From: Escherichia phage vB_EcoM_KAW3E185 | Direction: 5' to 3' (one strand) | Length of the DNA: 64,000 nucleotides | Sequence record: MK373782.1 | Shown here: positions 53,982 to 62,109 of the stretch, in pieces | Numbering within the stretch: position 1 is the stretch's first letter | Layout: each line of letters opens with the position of its first letter | Notes under the pieces: generated by a model | Told to the model about the DNA's origin: nothing | Database searches by the model: none | Seen by the model: only the letters and a program-made list of their open reading frames with translations | Translations under genes and position numbers: made by a program

Positions 53982-54050
53982 TATATTTACCTTTATTTAG
54001 ATTATTTAATTTATTTACAGTTGGTTGCTACGACACTTATACCTCGTAGC
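53982..54050 (-). promoter_or_regulatory. Gene 32 translational operator: A/U-rich unstructured leader plus upstream hairpin (pseudoknot region)
   Basis: Hairpin gctacga-N10-tcgtagc at 54027-54050 (-46 to -69 from AUG) followed by ~45 nt almost pure A/T leader. Confidence 0.55.
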
Positions 54051-54060
54051 TGGTATGTTT

Positions 54061-54068
54061 TATTTATA
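54061..54068 (-). promoter_or_regulatory. Late promoter TATAAATA (gene 32)
   Basis: Plus-strand TATTTATA upstream of the gene 32 leader. Confidence 0.5.
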
Positions 54069-54097
54069 TGGTAATTCTAACACAGATAAAATAAAGC

Positions 54098-54751
54098 TTA
54101 ATACTTACATGATTTGATTGTTTCTATGAACAATTTCTTAGCAGCATTTCCATCGATTTGAAGTATTTTTCGATATGCCTTTAATTTGGTAGAATAATTT
54201 TGCCAAACTAAGTTATCGGTGAGTTCGTCGTGCTTATCTATAATATTCAAAAATGAGTCCAACAATAAGAAAGTCTCAAATGAAATTATATTGCTTTGTA
54301 GCAATTTGAATATGTAGCTCGACTGAACGTTGTTATTATAATCAAATATCTCTTGAAGCGCACTAACTTCAACTTTCTTACTGAAATAGTAGATGTTACG
54401 TACGTCTTCAGCAAACGACTCTTTAGCTTGTTTGAGACGTCCAATATATTCCCTATAGAAAACTAATGCATCAGCGTCCGATATCTCACCAATCCATGCG
54501 TCTTGGTTAGCAACTAAGTTGCTTATGAATATCAAGGTGAGTTCCTTCAATTTATATTTCTCTGCTAGTTTTTCAAAGAAATATTTATCTCGGCGTTTTT
54601 GATACGCATTATCAGAAACACGCATGCACCAGTTATATTTGATTACGTCATACCGACCACCAAAGTGGTTTTTGCACATCAAGTATAGTTTATATACTGA
54701 TTTACCATTAATATAACGTTCTCCGTCAGGAGGCATACGTATTTTAATCAT
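54098..54751 (-). CDS. 59: Helicase loader gp59
   Basis: 217 aa (T4 gp59 length); position next to 32 and 33. Confidence 0.88.
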   Translation of the reverse strand: MIKIRMPPDGERYINGKSVYKLYLMCKNHFGGRYDVIKYNWCMRVSDNAYQKRRDKYFFEKLAEKYKLKELTLIFISNLVANQDAWIGEISDADALVFYREYIGRLKQAKESFAEDVRNIYYFSKKVEVSALQEIFDYNNNVQSSYIFKLLQSNIISFETFLLLDSFLNIIDKHDELTDNLVWQNYSTKLKAYRKILQIDGNAAKKLFIETIKSCKY

Positions 54752-55086
54752 AATAAGAAATCTAACGTATTAGTTTTTTCACCACGAGCAACTGATGGGC
54801 GAAGCATGTTTTCGTCAATTGCTTCGCTTGTAATTTTTTCAACAATTCCTGTAGGAATAAATTTAGCAAATTGTGTTTCTGGAATAGAATTTTCTTCCAA
54901 GAAAGCAGTTGTTGCTTCTAAATAAGACATACCAAATTGTTCAACCATGGATTCGATAATGAATCCGTTTTCTTGTCGGTCAAGCAATTTAGCGATATCA
55001 TCTTTATCATGTTTTACTGCTAATTCTTGTTCAGATAAACCGGCCTCATCAACCGGTTTAATATCACTTAGTGAAAACTGTGTCAT
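54748..55086 (-). CDS. 33: Late transcription co-activator gp33
   Basis: 112 aa (T4 gp33 length), position. Confidence 0.8.
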   Translation of the reverse strand: MTQFSLSDIKPVDEAGLSEQELAVKHDKDDIAKLLDRQENGFIIESMVEQFGMSYLEATTAFLEENSIPETQFAKFIPTGIVEKITSEAIDENMLRPSVARGEKTNTLDFLL

Positions 55087-55351
55087 AAAGCTCGACTACC
55101 TCTTCATTTTCAGCTTCAAATTGGTCACGAGCGTCTTTATGATAAAGAGCTAACAAACGATTAAACATTTTTCCATCGACACCAAGCTCTTCTTTAGCAC
55201 GAGTACGAATGTCTTTAATCAGTTCATTATAACCAGAAATTTTAAGTTTGTTATCGGAAGCTTCCTTGACTAGTTTAGCCAGTTCTTCACCATGCACATC
55301 TTGATTAAATTCAACTGCTTCTTTCTTAGCCATGTTTACCTCAGAATTCAT
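55064..55351 (-). CDS. dsbA: dsDNA-binding protein DsbA-like
   Basis: 95 aa, position between 33 and rnh. Confidence 0.65.
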   Translation of the reverse strand: MNSEVNMAKKEAVEFNQDVHGEELAKLVKEASDNKLKISGYNELIKDIRTRAKEELGVDGKMFNRLLALYHKDARDQFEAENEEVVELYDTVFTK

Positions 55352-56258
55352 TAATTACACTTGTTAATTTAGAAAGACCAGATTTTACAAAATATGAATA
55401 AATCTTGCCTTTAGGTTGTTGTTTATATGAGTTATAATACTCTATAATGGTTGAAGCAATATTATCAGGGATATAATCGAAATCAATGAGAACCAAATTT
55501 TCTTGATACCGTTTATATTCTTCTGCACTTAATAATACTTCAGCTTGAGAACGGTCATTAGCAATTGCTTCAATAATCGTTGTTTTCATGCTCGGAGTTC
55601 GTTCACCATCAACTCTGGTAAACCAGAAGTCGCCACGAACTCGAACAGATGCAACACCATCCTTACGGTCACCTTTAAGAATTTTAGTCATGCAATCAAT
55701 TTCAGCAGAACCGTTCTTAATTTTAACCCATTTTTTCTGTGGTGGCGACCACTGTTTGACATTAGGGTATTTGTGTAATTGTGTAAAGTCACCATCTGAT
55801 GCAACAATACATACTTTATGTCCAGCTAATGACAAATATTTAGTTAATACACCGATATGGTCATCCGCTTCATACTTGTCAATATCCATTACAACGTATG
55901 GCATGTATTTCTTAATCTCATCAACAACTTGATGGAGTGCAGTAAAATATCCTTCCCAATCCCACTTTGAAGCTTCACGATCTGTTTTACGATTTTTCTT
56001 GTAATAGTAAGCAAAATCACGTCGCCAATAACCTGAAGTAGCATTATCCATACACAATACAAATTTTGTATAGCCTTGCTTACGGAACATCACTACGTTT
56101 TTACGAATTGAGTTCAAGATTACATGTCGAACCATTGGAACAGTAATTTTATCGCCGTCTTCAAAGTTGTTTAATGCGGCTGCCAATGCAATGTTACTAA
56201 AGTCGGCAAGTGCAATACCTTCTTTGTAATCTTCATCCAACATCATTTCTAAATCCAT
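55341..56258 (-). CDS. rnh: RNase H / 5'-3' flap exonuclease
   Basis: 305 aa (T4 RNase H length), position before gene 34. Confidence 0.88.
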   Translation of the reverse strand: MDLEMMLDEDYKEGIALADFSNIALAAALNNFEDGDKITVPMVRHVILNSIRKNVVMFRKQGYTKFVLCMDNATSGYWRRDFAYYYKKNRKTDREASKWDWEGYFTALHQVVDEIKKYMPYVVMDIDKYEADDHIGVLTKYLSLAGHKVCIVASDGDFTQLHKYPNVKQWSPPQKKWVKIKNGSAEIDCMTKILKGDRKDGVASVRVRGDFWFTRVDGERTPSMKTTIIEAIANDRSQAEVLLSAEEYKRYQENLVLIDFDYIPDNIASTIIEYYNSYKQQPKGKIYSYFVKSGLSKLTSVINEF

Positions 56259-56290
56259 ATGAACCTCTTGTTCAGTTAGTCAACTTGTCT

Positions 56291-56320
56291 ATAGTAACAC
56301 ACTCATTTGAAAGCGTAAAC
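56291..56320 (-). promoter_or_regulatory. Early-type promoter (GTTTAC-N18-TACTAT) for rnh, back-to-back with gene 34 late promoter
   Basis: -35 lies 3 nt from the divergent TATAAATA. Confidence 0.45.
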
Positions 56321-56323
56321 TGG

Positions 56324-56331
56324 TATAAATA
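56324..56331 (+). promoter_or_regulatory. Late promoter TATAAATA (gene 34)
   Basis: Exact consensus ~31 nt upstream of ATG. Confidence 0.6.
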
Positions 56332-56361
56332 AGTATTATTGAAACAATAAAGGAAAAACGA

Positions 56362-59300
56362 ATGGCCGACATCAAACGTAAGTTCAGAGCCGAAGACGGT
56401 CTGGACGCCGGTGGCGACAAGATTGTTAACGTAGCATTAGCCGACCGTACAGTAGGTACTGATGGCGTAAACGTTGACTTCCTGGTACAAGAAAACACCG
56501 TTCAAGTATATGATTCTACGCGTGGATATAACAAAGGATTTGTTGTTCTTTATGACAACCGTTTATATCAAGCAATAAATGATATCGTGTCTCCTTCCGG
56601 GGCATTTAACCTTTTACAATGGCGTGCAGTTCGTACCGATGCACAATGGATAACTGTCGCTTCTGGGACTTATCAACTTTCTTCAGGTGAATCTATTTCG
56701 GTTAACACTGGTGCCGGCAATGATATGGTTTTCACGTTGCCGAATACGCCGGTTGATGGCGATACTGTTGTTTTGGCTGATATTGGCGGAAGAACCGGAA
56801 CAGTTAAAGTACAGATTAACGCGTCTGTGCAGAGTATTTTAAACTTTAGAGGTGAACAAGTTCGTACAGTTTTAATGACGCGTCCGCGTTCACAACTATT
56901 GTTTGTGTTTAGTAATCGTTTGTGGCAGATGTATATTATCGATTATGGTAAAGAATCAATCACTGTTACACCTGCGACACCATATCAAGCACAAGCAAAT
57001 GATTTTATCGTTCGTCGTTTTACTAGTGCAGCACCAATCAACATTACACTTCCACGTAATGCCAACAATGGTGATATAATCCACCTAGTTGATTTAGATA
57101 AATTAAACCCACTGTATCATACAATTGTTAAAACATTTGATGATACAACGTCTATTGGTGAAGTCGGGACTCATATTGCCGAAGGCAGAAATGACTCTGA
57201 CGCGTTTTTTGTTTTTGATGCTGCGAATAGTTTATGGCGTATATGGGAAGGCGACCAGAAATCGCGTCTTCGTATTATCCGTGCGGATTCAAACATTCGT
57301 CCAAATGAAGAAGTTCTTATTTTTGGCACAAATAACGCTACAGCCGGAACTATTAATCTTACGCTGCCTACCGGAATTTTGAGTGGTGACACTGTTAAAA
57401 TTTCAATGAACTACATGCGTAAAGGCCAAACAGTAAAAATTAAAGCTGCCGAAGGTGATACAATTGCTTCTTCTGTTGCATTGCTTCAGTTCCCTAAACG
57501 TTCTGAATATCCACCTGATGCTCAATGGGTCTCTGTTACTGAACTAGAATTCAATGGCACTACTTCATATGTTCCTGTATTAGAATTAGCGTATATCGAA
57601 GACACCGTTGCTGGTACACGTTATTGGGTTGTGCAACAGAATGTCCCTACGGTAGAACGTGTTGATGCTGGATCTGATGCTACACGAGCTCGTTTAGGTG
57701 TTATTGCTCTTGCTACTCAAGCGCAAGCAAATGTTGATTTAGAGAATACTCCAGCTAAAGAAGTGGCTATTACTCCTGAAACGTTGGCAAATCGTACAGC
57801 AACTGAAGCTCGACGTGGTATCGCTAAAATTGCTACAACAGCACAAGTTAATCAGAATTCCACAGCATCATTTGTGGACGATACTATTGTTACGCCTAAA
57901 AAACTAAATGAGCGTACAGCAACTGAAACTCGTCGCGGTCTTGCTGAAATTGCTACTCAGGCCGAAACCGATGCTGGTCTTGATGACACAACGATTATTA
58001 CACCTAAGAAATTGCAGGCACGTCAGGGTTCTGAAACACTATCTGGTATAGTTAAATATGTATCAACTACTTCTGCTACTCCTGCTGAAACTCGTGGGGC
58101 CGCAGGCACTAACATTTATAATAAAACCGTAAATAATTTAACTATTTCTCCTAAAGCCCTTGACCAATATAAAGCAACTTATGCTCAACAAGGTGCAGTA
58201 ATTTTAGCTGTTGATAGTGAAGTAATTGCTGGTCAATCCCAAGCAGGTTATTCTCACGCTGTAGTAACTCCTGAAACACTACATAAGAAAACTTCTACTG
58301 ATGGACGTATTGGTTTAATTGAAATTGCTACGCAAGCAGAAACTAATGCTGGGACTGATTATACACGTGCAGTAACGCCTAAGACGTTAAATGATAGGAG
58401 AGCGACGGAAGGATTATCCGGCATAGCCGAACTTGCTACGCAAGTCGAATTTGATACTGGAACTGATGATACTCGTATCTCGACTCCACTGAAAATTAAA
58501 ACTCATTTTGATTCTTCTGACCGTACCAGTGTTAATTCTGATTCCGGACTTATTGAAGAAGGAACCTTGTGGAACCATTATACTCTTGATATTTCTAAAG
58601 CAAATGAAACACAACGTGGTACACTTCGCGTAGCGACCCAGGCAGAATCTAATGCAGGAACTTTAGATGATGTTCTTATTACTCCTAAAAAGCTTTTAGG
58701 GACTAAGTCCACTGAAACGTCTGAAGGCGTAATTAAGGTTGCTACTCAGGCTGAAACTGTAACAGGAACTTCTGCTAATACTGCTGTATCTCCTAAGAAT
58801 TTAAAATGGATTGTCCAGAACGAACCAACATGGGCTGCTACTACAGCAATTCGCGGATTCGTTAAAACTTCATCCGGTTCTATTACATTCGTTGGTAATG
58901 ATACAGTTGGTTCAACACAACCTTTAGAATCATATGAAAAAAATAGCTATGCTATATCTCCATATGAATTAAACCGTGTACTTGCTAACTATTTGCCATT
59001 GAAAGCTAAAGCCGTAGATAGTAATTTATTAGATGGCCTAGATTCATCTCAGTTCATTCGTAGGGATATTGCACAGACGGTTAATGGTTCACTAACCTTA
59101 ACCCAACAAACGAATCTGAGTGCCCCTCTTGTATCATCTAGTACTGCTACGTTTGGTGGTTCAGTTTCGGCAAATAGTACATTAAGTATTTCTAATACTG
59201 GAACGGCAACTCGTCTGATTTTTGAGAAAGGACCTCAAACTGGAACTAACCCAGCACAGACGATGACTATCAGAGTTTGGGGAAATCAGTTTGGTGGCGG

Positions 59301-60237
59301 ATCAGATACAACACGTTCTACTGTATTTGAAGTTGGTGATGAAACGTCTAATCATTTTTATTCTCAACGTAATAAAGATGGGAATATAGCGTTTAGCATT
59401 AATGGTACTGTAATGCCAATAAACATTAATGCTTCCGGTTTGATGAATGTTAATGGCGTTGCAACATTTGGTCGTTCAGTCACAGCCAATGGTGAATTCA
59501 TTAGCAAGTCTGCAAATGCTTTCAGAGCAATTAGCGGTGATTACGGATTCTTTATTCGTAATGATGCTGTTAATACCTATTTTATGCTTACTGCATCAGG
59601 TGATCAGACCGGTGGATTTAATGGATTACGTCCTTTGGCTATTAATAATGCATCTGGCCGAGTAACGATTGGTGAAGGCTTAATCATTGCCAAAGGTGCT
59701 ACTATAAATTCAGGTGGTTTAACTGTTAACTCGAGAATTCGTTCTCAGGGTTCTAAAACATCTGATTTATATACCCGGGCGCCAACATCTGATACCGTAG
59801 GATTCTGGTCAATCGATATTAACGATTCAGCCACTTATAACCAGTTCCCGGGTTATTTTAAAATGGTTGAAAAAACTAATGAAGTGACTGGGCTTCCATA
59901 CTTAGAACGTGGCGAAGAAGTTAAATCTCCTGGTACATTGACTCAGTTTGGTAATACACTTGATTCGCTTTACCAAGATTGGATTACTTATCCAACAACT
60001 CCAGAGGCACGTACAACCCGTTGGACACGTACATGGCAGAAAACTAAAAATTCTTGGTCAAGTTTTGTTCAGGTATTTGATGGTGGAAACCCTCCTCAAC
60101 CTTCTGATATTGGTGCTTTACCTTCTGATAATGCAACAATCGGAAACTTGACAATAAGGGATTTCTTAAGGATTGGTAATGTCCGCATTATTCCAGACCC
60201 TGTGAATAAATCTGTTAAATTTGAGTGGATTGAATAA
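56362..60237 (+). CDS. 34: Long tail fibre proximal subunit gp34
   Basis: 1291 aa; internal repeats T-P-(E/K)-x-L-x-x-R-x-A-T-E...IAT-Q-A-E; late promoter upstream. Confidence 0.9.
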   Translation: MADIKRKFRAEDGLDAGGDKIVNVALADRTVGTDGVNVDFLVQENTVQVYDSTRGYNKGFVVLYDNRLYQAINDIVSPSGAFNLLQWRAVRTDAQWITVASGTYQLSSGESISVNTGAGNDMVFTLPNTPVDGDTVVLADIGGRTGTVKVQINASVQSILNFRGEQVRTVLMTRPRSQLLFVFSNRLWQMYIIDYGKESITVTPATPYQAQANDFIVRRFTSAAPINITLPRNANNGDIIHLVDLDKLNPLYHTIVKTFDDTTSIGEVGTHIAEGRNDSDAFFVFDAANSLWRIWEGDQKSRLRIIRADSNIRPNEEVLIFGTNNATAGTINLTLPTGILSGDTVKISMNYMRKGQTVKIKAAEGDTIASSVALLQFPKRSEYPPDAQWVSVTELEFNGTTSYVPVLELAYIEDTVAGTRYWVVQQNVPTVERVDAGSDATRARLGVIALATQAQANVDLENTPAKEVAITPETLANRTATEARRGIAKIATTAQVNQNSTASFVDDTIVTPKKLNERTATETRRGLAEIATQAETDAGLDDTTIITPKKLQARQGSETLSGIVKYVSTTSATPAETRGAAGTNIYNKTVNNLTISPKALDQYKATYAQQGAVILAVDSEVIAGQSQAGYSHAVVTPETLHKKTSTDGRIGLIEIATQAETNAGTDYTRAVTPKTLNDRRATEGLSGIAELATQVEFDTGTDDTRISTPLKIKTHFDSSDRTSVNSDSGLIEEGTLWNHYTLDISKANETQRGTLRVATQAESNAGTLDDVLITPKKLLGTKSTETSEGVIKVATQAETVTGTSANTAVSPKNLKWIVQNEPTWAATTAIRGFVKTSSGSITFVGNDTVGSTQPLESYEKNSYAISPYELNRVLANYLPLKAKAVDSNLLDGLDSSQFIRRDIAQTVNGSLTLTQQTNLSAPLVSSSTATFGGSVSANSTLSISNTGTATRLIFEKGPQTGTNPAQTMTIRVWGNQFGGGSDTTRSTVFEVGDETSNHFYSQRNKDGNIAFSINGTVMPININASGLMNVNGVATFGRSVTANGEFISKSANAFRAISGDYGFFIRNDAVNTYFMLTASGDQTGGFNGLRPLAINNASGRVTIGEGLIIAKGATINSGGLTVNSRIRSQGSKTSDLYTRAPTSDTVGFWSIDINDSATYNQFPGYFKMVEKTNEVTGLPYLERGEEVKSPGTLTQFGNTLDSLYQDWITYPTTPEARTTRWTRTWQKTKNSWSSFVQVFDGGNPPQPSDIGALPSDNATIGNLTIRDFLRIGNVRIIPDPVNKSVKFEWIE

Positions 60238-60245
60238 GAGGTATT

Positions 60246-61373
60246 ATGGAAAAATTTATGGCTAAGTTTGGACAAGGATACGTCCAAACGCCATTTTTAT
60301 CGGAAAGCAATTCAGTACGATTTAAATTAAGCATAGCGGGCTCTTGTCCGCTATCAACATCTCCTACTTATATTAAGTTCCAAGATAATCCACTTGGGTC
60401 CCAGGTTTTTTCCGTTGGATTAAACGTTCGTGTAATAAATCCTACAACAGGTGCAGTAGTTGAATCTAAGACATATAATTTCTCTACTGAAAACGACGCC
60501 ACGTCAAGTGCATTTGTTACTTTCATGGACACGTATGCTTCAAATTTTATATTTGCTCTTGTTACTAATGCTAAAACAAACTTTCCACCCGAAGTTCTTG
60601 CATGGTTTACTAAAGCTGGGAGTTCTGCTATTCCATTAGCTCAACAAGTTTTAAATATAGTTGACATTTCTTATTCGGCATTTTATATTTCTGGTAAGAA
60701 CGCTATAGCACTAGAACATATTAAGTATAGTAATAAGAAAACTTCAACCGACTATAGTACACCACTTGATGTTGTGTACGACACTATCGATGATATTGGT
60801 GCTACCGGCTTCCCTAGTCGTACGTATGAATCGTCAGACACATTTTTATCTGCCGTTGGAGGTACTAATAATGAAATTAAAAGGATGCCTACAACGTCCA
60901 TTATTACACCTCTCGCTGGGTATAAATTGAAGCCTGGAGATTTCCTTTATACGAAATTCCAACTAATGGCCGATGCCGATTTGTTAGCACAAGGGACGAC
61001 ACGACTTTCTATTCGTTTCTTTAAATCTCCTTCTACTTCACCTATTTCATTTAAGGATACAAACTTTGATGGGGCTGCAGGTGAATGGAAGATATATGAA
61101 GACTACATAGAAATTCCTGCTGGTGCTGACGGGTTCACGATTTATTGTTATCGTACAGCTCCAGTCGGGCAAGGTGGATTAAGAAACGTTATATTCACTG
61201 AAGTATCATGTAATGGAAGCGTTTCAAAACCTGCTGAGTTTGGTATAAATGGTATTCGTGTAAATTATGTTTCAGAATCTTTAAGTGCTCCAGACATAAT
61301 GACATTACCTACTCAATCTTCAACTTATACCGGTAAGGTATTTGGACAAGAATTTAAAGAAGCATCAGAATAA
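60246..61373 (+). CDS. 35: Long tail fibre hinge protein gp35
   Basis: 375 aa, position. Confidence 0.85.
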   Translation: MEKFMAKFGQGYVQTPFLSESNSVRFKLSIAGSCPLSTSPTYIKFQDNPLGSQVFSVGLNVRVINPTTGAVVESKTYNFSTENDATSSAFVTFMDTYASNFIFALVTNAKTNFPPEVLAWFTKAGSSAIPLAQQVLNIVDISYSAFYISGKNAIALEHIKYSNKKTSTDYSTPLDVVYDTIDDIGATGFPSRTYESSDTFLSAVGGTNNEIKRMPTTSIITPLAGYKLKPGDFLYTKFQLMADADLLAQGTTRLSIRFFKSPSTSPISFKDTNFDGAAGEWKIYEDYIEIPAGADGFTIYCYRTAPVGQGGLRNVIFTEVSCNGSVSKPAEFGINGIRVNYVSESLSAPDIMTLPTQSSTYTGKVFGQEFKEASE

Positions 61374-61378
61374 ATTTA

Positions 61379-61396
61379 GGGAGACTTCGGTCTCCC
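61379..61396 (+). terminator. Terminator hairpin GGGAGAC-UUCG-GUCUCCC after gene 35
   Basis: Followed by ATTTTT; gene 36 late promoter immediately downstream. Confidence 0.65.
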
Positions 61397-61403
61397 ATTT
61401 TTG

Positions 61404-61411
61404 TATAAATA
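61404..61411 (+). promoter_or_regulatory. Late promoter TATAAATA (gene 36)
   Basis: Exact consensus after gene 35 terminator. Confidence 0.6.
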
Positions 61412-61435
61412 TGGTATACATATAAGGAGACAACT

Positions 61436-62101
61436 ATGGCCGATTTAAAAGCTGGTAGTACAACTGGCGGTGCCGTTATATGGCATCAAGGTAATTTCCC
61501 TTTAATGCCAGCAGGTGATGACGTCCTGTATAAAACGTTTAAACTCTATTCAGAATATAATAAACCACAAGCTGCCGATAACGATTTCGTTTCTAAAGCT
61601 AATGGTGGTACTTATGCATCAAAGGTAACATTTAACAGCGGTGTTCAAATACCATATGCTATAAACAATACAAATCAATCTGGTATTTATCCTGGTAATG
61701 GAGATGCAGCTACTTTTGTTACAGCAAATATTGATATTGTTTCGTGGTATGGTATTGGTTTTAAATCATCACAAGGAACAGCGGGTAGAACTGTAGTAAT
61801 CAATACACGTAATGGCGATATTAATACAAAGGGCGTTGTATCTGCTTCAGGACAAGTAAGAAGCGATATGACTGCTCCGGTTGCAGCAAATGATCTCACA
61901 AGAAAAGATTATGTTGATGGAAGAATAAATATTGTTACGGATAACGCAAATTCCCGTGTATTGCGTAAAGGCGATACCATGACTGGTACTTTAACAGCAC
62001 CAAACTTTTTCTCACAGAATCCGGCGTCTGAGGCTAATCATGTTCCTCGTTTCGACCAGATTGTAATTAAAGATTCTGTTCAAGATTTCGGCTATTATTA
62101 A
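61436..62101 (+). CDS. 36: Long tail fibre distal connector gp36
   Basis: 221 aa (T4 gp36 length), late promoter upstream. Confidence 0.85.
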   Translation: MADLKAGSTTGGAVIWHQGNFPLMPAGDDVLYKTFKLYSEYNKPQAADNDFVSKANGGTYASKVTFNSGVQIPYAINNTNQSGIYPGNGDAATFVTANIDIVSWYGIGFKSSQGTAGRTVVINTRNGDINTKGVVSASGQVRSDMTAPVAANDLTRKDYVDGRINIVTDNANSRVLRKGDTMTGTLTAPNFFSQNPASEANHVPRFDQIVIKDSVQDFGYY

Positions 62102-62109
62102 GAGGACTT

